In this document: in pieces, positions 36,679-46,345 of the stretch
Layout of the letters: the number at the start of each line of letters is the position of its first letter
Position numbering within the stretch: position 1 is the first letter of the stretch
From: Phenylobacterium sp.
GTDB lineage: Bacteria > Pseudomonadota > Alphaproteobacteria > Caulobacterales > Caulobacteraceae
Assembly: GCA_036496685.1 (NCBI GenBank)
Contig: DASXKT010000285.1
Span: 1 to 49,082 of the forward strand
Reading direction: 5' to 3'
DNA: 49,082 bases
The notes under the pieces: generated by a model
Told to the model about the DNA's origin: nothing
The model's database searches: none
Seen by the model: the letters and a program-made list of their open reading frames with translations, nothing else
Program-made: the position numbers and the translations under genes

Positions 36679-38649
36679 CTACTTTGGCTTGAAGCTGTTG
36701 TTCGTCCGGTCGCGGTCGGGCAGCCGGTGGTCGGGGTCGATAGTGACCTCGGCGATGGCGGGACCGGCGTCGAACGCAAAGACGCGGCTGCCCGACTGCA
36801 TCCATGTCTCCACGGGGACGCGGACCTCGCGCTTCTCACCGGTCTTGTAGGTCACGCGGAGCGTGGCGGGCAGGACCAGTTGGCCGAGGTTTGCGACGGT
36901 CACCTTGGCGCCGTTGGACGGGTCGCCCCCGACGTACTGCACGTCTGTCACCGCCAGGTCGTGCGTCCAGTTGTTGAAGAAATAGCCCCGCCAGAACCAC
37001 GACAGGTCCTCGCCGCCCGCGCTCTCCATCGCCCGGAAGAAATCGCTGGGCTTGGGGTGCTTGTAGGCCCAGTCGGCGATGTATTTGCGGAACGCCGGGT
37101 CGAACCGTTGCGGCCCCAGGATGTCCTCACGCAGCAGGGTGAGCCCGAAGGCGGTTTTGAAATAGGTGACCGGATGCCGGTATTTCTCACGCACCGTATC
37201 GGCCCGGCTCATGATCGGCGGGGCCTCGGGATCGTTCAGCAGGGCGGCGATCTGGTCCGCCGGCGCCTCGGGTCCCGGCGCATATTCGCCGTCACGCTTG
37301 GGCCCATAGAGACCTTTCGCGAAATCGTCGGACTCGTAGACGTCGATGAAGGTGTTGAAGCCCTCGTCCATCCAGGCGTCGCGGCGCTCGTCTGAGCCTA
37401 CGATCATCGGAAACCAAGTGTGGCCGATCTCGTGGGCCGAGATGAAGAAGAGGGTCTTAGCCTTGTCGGGGATGCCGTCGAAGACGATCCCCGGATACTC
37501 CATGCCGGTCGCAGGTCCCGCCACGTTGATGGCGTTGGGCCAGGGGTAGGGATACCAGCGCTTCGACATGCGCTCGACGGCGTCCTTCATGTATTCGGTC
37601 GACCGGCTCCAGGCCTCCTCCCCGACGCTTTCCGGCGGATAGACCGACTGCGCCAGCGCCGTCTTGCCCTCGGGCAGGTTGATCCGCGCGGCGTCCCAGA
37701 CGAAGGCGCGACTCGCGGTGAAGGCGACGTCGCGGGTGTTCTCCATGTGGAAGCGCCAGGTCTTGACCGCGCCCGGCGCCGCCGGCGTCGAGGCCAGCAC
37801 CTCGTCAGGCGTACGGATCAGCACGGTCTTATCGCTCGCGCGCGCCCGATCGAGCCGGGCTAGTTGCTCCGAGCTAAGCACATCCTTCGGATTCGTCAGC
37901 GCGCCGGAGCCTGCGACGATCATGTCCGCCGGGACCGTCACGGCGTAATCGAAGGCGCCGTACTCGAGATAAAATTCGTTCGCGAGATAGGGGAGCGTGT
38001 CCCACCCGCGCTGGTCGTCGTAGACCTGCATCCGCGGGTACCACTGGGCGATGTCGTAGATGTCGCCATTCTTGTTGGTGTTCCAGGCGGTGCGGCCGCC
38101 GAACAGGCCGGGTACGGTGTAGTGGTAGCGGATGCGGACCTTCACCTGACCGCCGCCGGCCTTCAGCACCTGGGGCAGGTCCACGCGCATTCGGGTGTCG
38201 CTGACCAGCCAATCGGCCTTGACCGGCTTGCCGCCACGCTCGGCCTCGACGGCCTCGATGACATAGCCGTCCGTGAACGTGCTGCGCGGGCGCCCGCCGC
38301 CGCCCATGGCGGTCGCGCGGGAGTCCGGCCGGTAGATGTTCTGGTCGATCTGCAGCCAGAGGCTCGGGAGGCTGTCGGGGCTGTTGTTGGTGTAGGTGAT
38401 CGTCACCTGGCCGCTCAGCACGTGGGTCGTCGTGTCGATCCGGGCCTCGATGTTGTAGTCGGCGCGGTTCTGCCAGAAGGACGGGCCGGGCGTGCCGGCG
38501 CCGGTGCGTTGCGTCGTGGCCGGCTGCGGCAGGGTCAGCGGCGCGAAGGTCTTCAGCGGATCGTAAGTCGGCGTCGGGGACGACTGGGCATGGGCGGTCG
38601 TCGCGGCGACAAGGGCCGCCGCCAGGAACGTGAACAGTCGCAACGCCAT
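36679..38649 (-). CDS. Exported M1-family metallopeptidase
   Basis: Signal peptide; WQNRADY, GMEYP and HEIGH-X18-E (WMDEGFNTF). Confidence 0.92.
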   Translation of the reverse strand: MALRLFTFLAAALVAATTAHAQSSPTPTYDPLKTFAPLTLPQPATTQRTGAGTPGPSFWQNRADYNIEARIDTTTHVLSGQVTITYTNNSPDSLPSLWLQIDQNIYRPDSRATAMGGGGRPRSTFTDGYVIEAVEAERGGKPVKADWLVSDTRMRVDLPQVLKAGGGQVKVRIRYHYTVPGLFGGRTAWNTNKNGDIYDIAQWYPRMQVYDDQRGWDTLPYLANEFYLEYGAFDYAVTVPADMIVAGSGALTNPKDVLSSEQLARLDRARASDKTVLIRTPDEVLASTPAAPGAVKTWRFHMENTRDVAFTASRAFVWDAARINLPEGKTALAQSVYPPESVGEEAWSRSTEYMKDAVERMSKRWYPYPWPNAINVAGPATGMEYPGIVFDGIPDKAKTLFFISAHEIGHTWFPMIVGSDERRDAWMDEGFNTFIDVYESDDFAKGLYGPKRDGEYAPGPEAPADQIAALLNDPEAPPIMSRADTVREKYRHPVTYFKTAFGLTLLREDILGPQRFDPAFRKYIADWAYKHPKPSDFFRAMESAGGEDLSWFWRGYFFNNWTHDLAVTDVQYVGGDPSNGAKVTVANLGQLVLPATLRVTYKTGEKREVRVPVETWMQSGSRVFAFDAGPAIAEVTIDPDHRLPDRDRTNNSFKPK

Positions 38650-38724
38650 AGTGATGGAATCCCCTCGAACGCGGCCTCCATCTGACGCGGCGCGGGCACC
38701 CGTGCAAGGCTTCAGGATAGGGAC

Positions 38725-39837
38725 CTAAAGTCCCAGCTTCCCGGCGACCTCTGCGCCGATCGCCAGGGACGAGGTGAGGCCGGGGCTTTCGATGCCGAAG
38801 AGGGTCACGAGGCCGTCGATGCCGTGGGCCTCTGGCCCTTCGATGCGGAAGTCGGGTTGCGGCTCGTCGGGGCCATGCAGCTTGGGCCGGATGCCGGCGT
38901 AGTCGGGGGCGAGCGCGCCATCCGGCAGGCCCGGCCAGAACTTGCGGATGTAGGCGGCGAAGGCCGCGGCTGCGGCGGGATCAACGCTGTAGTCGAGCTC
39001 GTCCACATAGGTGAGGTCCGGCCCGAACACCGCCTGGCCGCCCAGGTCGCGGCGATAGTGGGTGCCGAGCGCGCCACGGATCGGCGGCGGGTAGATCAGC
39101 CGCGCGAAGGGCGCCTTGCCCACCAGGCGGAAGTACATGCCCTTGCCGTAGTGGCCCTTGGGGATGGTCGCCGCGGGGAATCCCTCGATCTCGGCGGCGA
39201 CAGCCTGAGCCGACAGCCCGGGCGCCGTGACAAGAATGCGGCAGGTCAGTTCGGCAGGCTCCTCGCCACCGGCGCGGACCTTGAAGCCGCCGGCCTTGAG
39301 CGGGGTCGCGCCTTCGAACGGCGTGGAGAGCACCACCGCCCCGCCGCCCGCCTCGATCTCACCCTGCAGGGCCAGCATGTAGCCGTGGCTGTCGAACACG
39401 CCGCTCTGAGGGGAGATCAGCGCCCCCTCGCAACTCAGGTCGGGCTCTAGCGCGAGCGCCTCGGCCTTGCTGAGCCGGGCCATGCCTTCGACATCGTTGA
39501 TGCGCGCTTGCTCGAGGATTTCCTCCAGGCGACCGAGGTCTTCGGTCGACGTCGCCACCACGAGCTTGCCGCAGCGGTCGAAGTCCACGTGGTGGGCTTC
39601 CAGAAAAGCGTAGAGCGCGCGGCGTCCGGCCACGCACAGCCGCGCCTTGAGCGAGCCCGTCGGGTAGTAGAGCCCGCCGTGGATCACCTCGGAATTGCGC
39701 GAGGAAACGCCCTGGCCGATGGCGTTCTCGCGCTCCAGCACCGCGACGGTCAGCCCGCGCTTGGTCAGCGCATAGCCGCAGGCGAGCCCCACGGCGCCCG
39801 CCCCCACCACCACCGCGTCGAAATCGAACTCGGCCAT
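38725..39837 (-). CDS. FAD-dependent oxidoreductase (L-2-hydroxyglutarate oxidase-like)
   Basis: VVGAGAVG, SSRNSEVIH.G.YY...SLKA, CGKLVVA, Y.GIRPK and GIESPGLTSSLA. Confidence 0.9.
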   Translation of the reverse strand: MAEFDFDAVVVGAGAVGLACGYALTKRGLTVAVLERENAIGQGVSSRNSEVIHGGLYYPTGSLKARLCVAGRRALYAFLEAHHVDFDRCGKLVVATSTEDLGRLEEILEQARINDVEGMARLSKAEALALEPDLSCEGALISPQSGVFDSHGYMLALQGEIEAGGGAVVLSTPFEGATPLKAGGFKVRAGGEEPAELTCRILVTAPGLSAQAVAAEIEGFPAATIPKGHYGKGMYFRLVGKAPFARLIYPPPIRGALGTHYRRDLGGQAVFGPDLTYVDELDYSVDPAAAAAFAAYIRKFWPGLPDGALAPDYAGIRPKLHGPDEPQPDFRIEGPEAHGIDGLVTLFGIESPGLTSSLAIGAEVAGKLGL

Positions 39838-39939
39838 AGCTTGGCCTAACGCGCGCCGCGGCAAATCGAAACCCATCGAAAACGCGGAAGACACGGAATG
39901 CGCCGCGCTCTAGCTTCCCGCGCCATGTTGGGAGACGTG

Positions 39940-41118
39940 ATGCGAAAGAGTGTCTGGTTGGCGGCAGCGGCCGCGATCGTCGCCACGGCGGCCCATGCGC
40001 AGGTGGCGCTCGATGCTTCGAAGCCGCGTGCGATCGCCTCGATCCTGACCTGGACGCCGGAACAGCAGGCCACCGGCTACCGCTCCATCGAGACGATCTT
40101 CAAGACCCACACGATCAAGCGCGGCGACACGGTCCATCCGCTGCCCGCGGCCGAAAAACAGATCGATCCGAGCTTCACCTACAAGGGAAAGACCTGGACC
40201 ACCGACGACTACATGAAGGCCTATCGGGTCTCCGGCGTCCTGGTGCTCAAGGACGGCAAGGTCGTGCTCGAGAAGTACGGCCTTGGCCGCAAGCCGACGG
40301 ATCGCTGGACCTCGTTCTCGGTGGCCAAGTCGGTGACCTCGACGCTGGTCGGGGCGGCGATCCAGGACGGCAAGATCAAGAGCCTGAACGACCCGATCAC
40401 CCGCTACATCCCCGAGCTGAAGGGCTCGGCCTACGAGGGCGTCACCGTCCGCCAGATGCTGATGATGAGCTCGGGCGTGAAGTGGAACGAAGACTACACC
40501 GACCCCAATTCCGACGTCGCCAAGGCCGGCGGCTCGGTAACCGAGCCCGGGATCAACCCGATGGTCAGTTACCTGCGCAAGCTGCCGCGCGCGAACAAGC
40601 CGGGGACCAAGTTCAACTACAACACCGGCGAGACGGACCTGGTCGGCGTGCTGGTCTCCAAGGCCACCGGCGAGCCCCTGGCGCAATACGCCTCGGAGAA
40701 GATCTGGCAGCCCTACGGCATGGAGCAGGACGCGGTCTGGATGACCGATCCGGGCGGGCAGGAACGCGGCGGCTGCTGCATCTCCATGACGCTGCGTGAC
40801 TATGGCCGACTGGGCCTCTTCATCGCCGGCGGTGGGGTGGCGGACGGCAAGCCTATCGTCCCGCCCTGGTGGGTGGGTCAGGCGACGAAGGTCGAGATCG
40901 CCAACGGCCAGCCGGCCCCGGCCGGCTACGGCTACTTCTGGTGGATCCGCCCCAACCACTCCTATGAGGCGGTCGGGATCTTCGGCCAGTCGGTGACGAC
41001 CTTCAAAAAGGAACACCTGGTCATCGTGGTGAACTCCGCTTGGCCGGCGGCCACCGGCAAGGAATTGAGCGCGGCGAGAAATGCGTTCTTTGAAGGCGTG
41101 CGGGCGGCGGTAAGGTAG
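39940..41118 (+). CDS. Exported serine hydrolase (class C beta-lactamase/NylB-like family)
   Basis: Signal peptide; SFSVAKS (SxxK), FNYNT, YGYFWW and G.FGQ. Confidence 0.9.
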   Translation: MRKSVWLAAAAAIVATAAHAQVALDASKPRAIASILTWTPEQQATGYRSIETIFKTHTIKRGDTVHPLPAAEKQIDPSFTYKGKTWTTDDYMKAYRVSGVLVLKDGKVVLEKYGLGRKPTDRWTSFSVAKSVTSTLVGAAIQDGKIKSLNDPITRYIPELKGSAYEGVTVRQMLMMSSGVKWNEDYTDPNSDVAKAGGSVTEPGINPMVSYLRKLPRANKPGTKFNYNTGETDLVGVLVSKATGEPLAQYASEKIWQPYGMEQDAVWMTDPGGQERGGCCISMTLRDYGRLGLFIAGGGVADGKPIVPPWWVGQATKVEIANGQPAPAGYGYFWWIRPNHSYEAVGIFGQSVTTFKKEHLVIVVNSAWPAATGKELSAARNAFFEGVRAAVR

Positions 41119-41148
41119 TCGGCGATCTGGCGAACGGGGGAAGTGGAG

Positions 41149-42111
41149 ATGATCGAATTGTCGCGGCGGGCAGCCATCGGTGCGGGACTTGCGGGCGCGG
41201 CGGCGGCGCTGAGCGCTGGCTCGGCGACCGGGACGGCGGGGTCGCCGTTTTTCAAGCGCACCGGCCTGCCGATCGGCCTGCAGCTCTACACCCTGGGCGA
41301 CGGCCTGAAGGCGGACCTCGACGGCCAGTTGGCGCAAGTCGCCAAGGCCGGCTACCGCAGCGTCGAGCTGGCCGGCTACCTCGGCCGGACGCCTAAGGAG
41401 CTCCGCGCGGCTTTCGACAAGGCAGGCCTCATCTGCCCGAGCGCCCACGTCCAGGCGCGCTCATCCGCCGAAGCGCCGGGTCTCGCGGACATCGACAAGG
41501 TCATCGCCGACGCCCAGGTGATCGGCGTCAAGCACATCGTGCTCCCGATGTTCGCGATCCCGGCGCACGTGAACATGACCCCCGGTCCGGGCGACGACCG
41601 GCGCGCGGTGCTGAGCCGCATGGCCGCCCAGATGACCGCCGACGACTGGAAGGCCTGCGCCGACCTGCTGAACGCCAAGGCCGCGCCACTCAAGGCCGCC
41701 GGCCTGACGCTGGGCTACCACAACCACAACGTCGAGTTCGCGCCTGTGGGCGGGACGACCGGCATGGACATCCTGCTGAAGAACACCGACCCGTCCCTGG
41801 TGAACTTCGAAATGGACGCGGGCTGGGTGGTGGCCGCAGGCGCTGATCCGTTCGCGCTTCTGAAGGCCCAACCGCACCGCTTCACCCAGATGCACGTGAA
41901 GGACGTCAAGGCGACCACCAAGCCCAATTTCGCCTTCCAGCAGGACCCGACCGAAGTCGGCTCAGGCACCATCGACTGGAAGCGCCTCCTGCCCGCGTCC
42001 TACGCGGCCGGCGTGCGCGGCTACTTCGTCGAGCAAGAAGCGCCCTACGACAAGCCACGCATGGAGTCAGTGCGCATCAGCGGCGAGTACCTGGGCAAGC
42101 TGGTGGCCTGA
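41149..42111 (+). CDS. Sugar phosphate isomerase/epimerase (xylose isomerase-like TIM barrel) with Tat-like signal
   Basis: SRRAAIG leader; GLQLYT, YHNHN.EF, EMD.GW, HVKD, EVG.G.ID and VEQE. Confidence 0.88.
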   Translation: MIELSRRAAIGAGLAGAAAALSAGSATGTAGSPFFKRTGLPIGLQLYTLGDGLKADLDGQLAQVAKAGYRSVELAGYLGRTPKELRAAFDKAGLICPSAHVQARSSAEAPGLADIDKVIADAQVIGVKHIVLPMFAIPAHVNMTPGPGDDRRAVLSRMAAQMTADDWKACADLLNAKAAPLKAAGLTLGYHNHNVEFAPVGGTTGMDILLKNTDPSLVNFEMDAGWVVAAGADPFALLKAQPHRFTQMHVKDVKATTKPNFAFQQDPTEVGSGTIDWKRLLPASYAAGVRGYFVEQEAPYDKPRMESVRISGEYLGKLVA

Positions 42112-42159
42112 GGCCGGCGGCGACTTCTCGAAGACCGTCGCCATCTCACAATCCCACTA

Positions 42160-43634
42160 GTACCGCAGCACTGAGGTTATGACTCTTTGACCGGGTAGGC
42201 CTTGCGGAGTTTTACGCGGGCCTTCTGCGTCGTGAACATCCAGTTGATCTGGGCCTTCTCGGCGTTGCGCCGCTGTTCCCAGGCGGCGATCTCAGCGATC
42301 AGCAGAGCCTTGTCGTCGATGCGGCGATCGAGGCATTGGCTGCGCAGCACGCCGATTTCTATCTCGACCATGTTCAGCCAGCTGGCGTGTTTCGGCGTGT
42401 GGTGGAAGTCCAGCCGCTTGAGGATCCGACGGGCCTCGGGGGCCGGGAAGGCGTCGTAGAGTGCGCCTGCTGAGTGGGTGGAGAGGTTGTCCATCACCAC
42501 CCGGATCACCGGAGCCTGGGGATAGTGCAGGTCGACCAAGTCGCGCATGCACTCGGCGAAGTCCGGGTTGGCGCGCCGCTCGGTGACCTTCACCCTGCGC
42601 CAGGGGCGGTGGGCGTCGAGGAAGACGAACAGGTTGACCGTGCCGTTGCGGCGATATTCGCAATCGTAGCGCTCCAGTTGGCCGGGCTTGGCCGCGATCG
42701 GCGCGCGCACCTCGCCGATCAGTTGGGTCGGGCTTTCATCGAAGCAGACCACCGGCCGGTCGGGATCGGGCGTCTCGGCATAGAGATCGAGCACGTCCTC
42801 CATGCGCGCGACGTATTCGCCGTCGACTTTGGGGATGCACCACATGTCCTTGCGCCAGGGCTTCAGATGGTTCTCCGCCAGCCGTCGGCGCACCGTCTCG
42901 CGGGAGAGCTCGTCATGGTCTGTCAGCGTGACCATTTCCCCGGCCAGCAGCTCAAGGGTCCAGCGCGCCCGTCCCGGCGGCGGCTGCGAGCAGGCGGTCG
43001 CCACCAGCAGGGCTTCCTCCTTGCCCGATAGCTTGCGCTCCGCCCCGGGCCGCGGCTCCTCGCTCAGCGCCCCTTCCAGGTTGGCCTCCACGAACCGGCG
43101 CTTGGTGCGATAGATCGTCGAGCCGCTGACCACCAAGGTCGCGGCCATGGCCTCATCGCTGGCCCCGGCGTCCGCCGCCAGCAGGATCTGCGCGCGCTTG
43201 AGTTTGCGCGCCGCGTGTCGCCCGCCGCTCAACAACCCGCCAAGCGTCTCGCGTTCCGCTTGGCTCAGCTCCACCCGATACCGTACATTCATCCCAGCCT
43301 CCTGGTCCTGAGAGGCGAGACGAATCTGCAAATGAATCAAAACTCTGACGAGAAATCAGCGGCCGATCAGCCGCGCTTCACAAGCACCCAGGGCCAGTAC
43401 CTGGCCTTCATCGACGCCTATAGCCGCGTCCATGGCTACCCACCCGCCGAGGCCGAGCTGCAGCGACACTTCCAGGTCACCCCGCCCTCGGTCCACCAGA
43501 TGATCCTCACCCTCGAGCGACTGGGCTTCATCCGCCGCACGCCCAGAACCGCCAGGAGCATCGAGCTGCTCGTCGCACCAGAGCACCTCCCCGTGCTCCA
43601 GCGCGAACCCGTCAAATCCTCAGTGCAGCGGTAC
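42160..43634 (-). mobile_element. IS630-family insertion sequence with passenger gene (1475 bp, TA duplication at a CTAG target)
   Basis: Terminal IRs GTACCGCAGCACTGAGGTTATGAC / GTACCGCTGCACTGAGGATTTGAC (21/24 match); both ends read CTAG; reconstructed empty site cccaCTAGccg. Confidence 0.93.
42177..43292 (-). CDS. IS630-family transposase (single intact ORF, 371 aa)
   Basis: GGAGG RBS; N-terminal HTH (RAQILL, PRPG), WTL..LA; DDE triad in CFDES / VMDNL / WLNMVE. Confidence 0.95.
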   Translation of the reverse strand: MNVRYRVELSQAERETLGGLLSGGRHAARKLKRAQILLAADAGASDEAMAATLVVSGSTIYRTKRRFVEANLEGALSEEPRPGAERKLSGKEEALLVATACSQPPPGRARWTLELLAGEMVTLTDHDELSRETVRRRLAENHLKPWRKDMWCIPKVDGEYVARMEDVLDLYAETPDPDRPVVCFDESPTQLIGEVRAPIAAKPGQLERYDCEYRRNGTVNLFVFLDAHRPWRRVKVTERRANPDFAECMRDLVDLHYPQAPVIRVVMDNLSTHSAGALYDAFPAPEARRILKRLDFHHTPKHASWLNMVEIEIGVLRSQCLDRRIDDKALLIAEIAAWEQRRNAEKAQINWMFTTQKARVKLRKAYPVKES

Positions 43635-43637
43635 TAG
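43332..43637 (+). CDS. LexA N-terminal-like / MarR-type winged-HTH protein carried by the IS
   Basis: FT..QGQYLAFI..Y...HGYPP.E.ELQ.HF.V..PSVHQM...LE..GFI.R.P..ARSI; 101 aa; no peptidase domain. Confidence 0.85.
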   Translation: MNQNSDEKSAADQPRFTSTQGQYLAFIDAYSRVHGYPPAEAELQRHFQVTPPSVHQMILTLERLGFIRRTPRTARSIELLVAPEHLPVLQREPVKSSVQRY

Positions 43638-43651
43638 CCGTCGGACGACGG

Positions 43652-45049
43652 TCAGATGTGGACCGGATGCCCCAGGGCTCGGAGCGCCGCCTCGTGGACG
43701 GCTTCCGACAGCGTCGGGTGGACATGGATGGTCCCGGCCAGGTCTTCCAGACGCGCGCCCATCTCGATGGACATGGCGAATTCGCCGGAAAGCTCGGAGA
43801 CGTGCGCGCCCACCGCCTGGAGACCGACCACGCGATGGTCGGCCTTCCGGGCCACCACCCGCACAAACCCGCCGCCGTCGCCGGCTTCCATGGAGAGCGC
43901 CCGGCCGTTGGCCTGGAAGGGGAAGGTGGCGCTGAGGGGATCGTGCCCCGCCGCCGCCGCTTCGTCCGGCGAGAGGCCCGCTGAGACGATCTCCGGCTCG
44001 GTGAAGCAGACCGCTGCGATGGTCGCCGGATCGAAGGTGCGGTTCTGGCCGGCGATCACCTCGACCGCCACATGCGCCTGGGCGGTGGCCTTGTGCTCCA
44101 GCATCGGCTCACCGACGAGATCGCCGATGGCGTAGACGCCGCTCATTGAGGTCTGCATGCGGTCGTTCACCTTCACGAAGGCCCCCGCCATGTCGACGCC
44201 CATGTTCTCGAGGCCCCAACCTTCAGTGCGGGGCCGCCGGCCGACGGTGACCAGCAACTTGTCGGCGGGAATGCGCAGGGTCTCGGCGCCCTTTTCCACC
44301 ATCAGTTCGCCGTTCGCCCAGCCAGTCGCCTTGGCCGACAACTGCAGCGTGACGCCGGCCTTTTCCAGCCAAGCCCGCACCGGCTTGGTGAGCGGCTCGT
44401 CATAGGCCGGCAGGATGCGGTCCAGCGCCTCGACCACGGTCACCTCGCAGCCGAACTTGCGGAACGCCGAGCCGAGTTCCAGCCCGATATAGCCCGCGCC
44501 GATCACCGCCAGGCGCTTGGGCAGCTTGTGGAGCATCAACGCTTCGGTCGAGGAGATCACGTCGCCGCCGAACGGGATGTGCGGCAGGGGCGTGGCGATC
44601 GAGCCGGCCGCCAGGATCACGGTCTCGGCCTTGATGGTGACTGGGCCGTCCTTGGTGTCCACGTGGCAGGTCTTGGCGTCGCTGAAGGTCCCCCAGCCGG
44701 CCACGACCCGGGTCTTGGCCCGCTTTAGAAGCGCGGTCACCCCGCCGTTCAGCTTGTCGACCACGCCCTCCTTCCAGGCGACGGTCTTGTCCATGTCGAG
44801 GCTCGGCGCCGAGCTGATCGAGATGCCGTCTTTCGCACCGTTCGCAGCCGCACTCATGCCTTCGAACTTGGAGGCGACGTGGATCAGGGCCTTCGAGGGG
44901 ATGCAGCCGCGGATCAGGCAGGTGCCGCCCAGGCGGTCGCCTTCCACCAGCACGGTCTCGATCCCAAGCTGGCCGGCCCGGATCGCGGCGACGTAGCCTC
45001 CGGGTCCGCCGCCCACGATCAGGAGGCGGGTGGTGATGGTCTCAGCCAC
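43652..45049 (-). CDS. lpdA: Dihydrolipoyl dehydrogenase (E3, LpdV type)
   Basis: GGGPGGY, GGTCL.RGCIPSK, GAGYIGLE and HVHPTLSE. Confidence 0.96.
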   Translation of the reverse strand: MAETITTRLLIVGGGPGGYVAAIRAGQLGIETVLVEGDRLGGTCLIRGCIPSKALIHVASKFEGMSAAANGAKDGISISSAPSLDMDKTVAWKEGVVDKLNGGVTALLKRAKTRVVAGWGTFSDAKTCHVDTKDGPVTIKAETVILAAGSIATPLPHIPFGGDVISSTEALMLHKLPKRLAVIGAGYIGLELGSAFRKFGCEVTVVEALDRILPAYDEPLTKPVRAWLEKAGVTLQLSAKATGWANGELMVEKGAETLRIPADKLLVTVGRRPRTEGWGLENMGVDMAGAFVKVNDRMQTSMSGVYAIGDLVGEPMLEHKATAQAHVAVEVIAGQNRTFDPATIAAVCFTEPEIVSAGLSPDEAAAAGHDPLSATFPFQANGRALSMEAGDGGGFVRVVARKADHRVVGLQAVGAHVSELSGEFAMSIEMGARLEDLAGTIHVHPTLSEAVHEAALRALGHPVHI

Positions 45050-45053
45050 GGCG

Positions 45054-46340
45054 TCAGTCCATGAACAGGGTTGCGGGGTGTTCCAGCATCGCCTTGACCC
45101 GCTGGATGAACTCCGCGGCGTCGTAGCCGTCCACCACCCGGTGATCGAACGACGACGACAGGTTCATCATCTTGCGGACCGTGATCTGGCCCTGACGCAC
45201 GACGGGCCGATCGACGATCTTGTTTGGACCGATGATGGCGACCTCGGGGTGATTGATCACCGGCGTTGTGGCGATGCCCCCCAGCGGGCCCAGCGAGGTG
45301 ATGGTGATGGTCGAACCGGAGAGTTCGTCCTTCGATCCCTTGCCGGAACGGGCGATCTCCGCGACCCGCGCCACCTCCGTGGCCGCAGCCCACACGTCGA
45401 GGGCCTCGGCGTGCCGGACAACCGGCACCACGAGGCCGCTTGTGGTCTGCGTCGCGATGCCGATGTGGACGCCCGCATGCCGATGGACGACGCCGGCCTC
45501 GTCGTCGAAGCGCGCGTTGATCTGCGGATAGGCCGGCAGCACGCGCGCCAGGGCGCGCATGATGAAGGGCAGCAGCGTCAGCTTCGGCTGGTCGTCGCGC
45601 TTGGTGGCGTTCAGGTGGACGCGAAGCTCTTCCAGCTCCGTCATGTCGACTTCCTCGACATAGGCGAAGTGCGGAATGCGGCGCTTGGATTCCTGCATTT
45701 GCCGAGCGATGGCGCGGCGCATGCCGATTACCTTCACCTCCTCGACAGCGGTGCGCCTGGCGAGCGTCGAGACGGCCGCGCCCGACCCGGCGCCGGCGAT
45801 GAAGGCGTCGAGGTCTTCGTGGGTGACGCGGCCCGCCGGACCGGTCCCGGCCACATGGTTGAGCTTGATCCCCAGGTCCTCGGCCCGTCGGCGGACGGCG
45901 GGGGAGGCCAGCGGCTTTTCGCCTTCGGCGCGGAGCGGAATGACTCGGGCGCTGGCTGGAGCCGGTGCGCTGGGTGCGGGGCTGGCCGGCGGCGGTTGAG
46001 CTTCAGGCGCTTCCACCACCTCCGCGACGGGCTTGCGGGGAGCCTCCACCGCCGCGGGCGTCGGGGCCGCACGCTCTGCCGGGGCGGCGTTGCCCGCGCC
46101 CTCGACCTCGAAGATGGCGATCGGACCGCCCACGGCAGCCATGTCGCCCGGCGCGCCGTTAAGCTCGATCAGCTTGCCGGCGACGGGCGAGGTCATCTCC
46201 ACGGTCGCCTTGTCGGTCAGCATATCGACCAGCGGCGCATCCTCGGCGACGACATCGCCGACCTTGACGTGCCAGGCGACGATCTCGGCCTCGGCGGTGC
46301 CTTCGCCGAGGTCCGGCAGCTTGAAGACGAAACGTCCCAC
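45054..46340 (-). CDS. bkdB: Branched-chain alpha-keto acid dehydrogenase E2 (dihydrolipoamide acyltransferase)
   Basis: FKLPDLGEG, lipoyl TDKA, LASPAVR E3-binding motif and DHRVVDG; GTG start at 46340. Confidence 0.93.
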   Translation of the reverse strand: MGRFVFKLPDLGEGTAEAEIVAWHVKVGDVVAEDAPLVDMLTDKATVEMTSPVAGKLIELNGAPGDMAAVGGPIAIFEVEGAGNAAPAERAAPTPAAVEAPRKPVAEVVEAPEAQPPPASPAPSAPAPASARVIPLRAEGEKPLASPAVRRRAEDLGIKLNHVAGTGPAGRVTHEDLDAFIAGAGSGAAVSTLARRTAVEEVKVIGMRRAIARQMQESKRRIPHFAYVEEVDMTELEELRVHLNATKRDDQPKLTLLPFIMRALARVLPAYPQINARFDDEAGVVHRHAGVHIGIATQTTSGLVVPVVRHAEALDVWAAATEVARVAEIARSGKGSKDELSGSTITITSLGPLGGIATTPVINHPEVAIIGPNKIVDRPVVRQGQITVRKMMNLSSSFDHRVVDGYDAAEFIQRVKAMLEHPATLFMD

Positions 46341-46345
46341 GGGCC

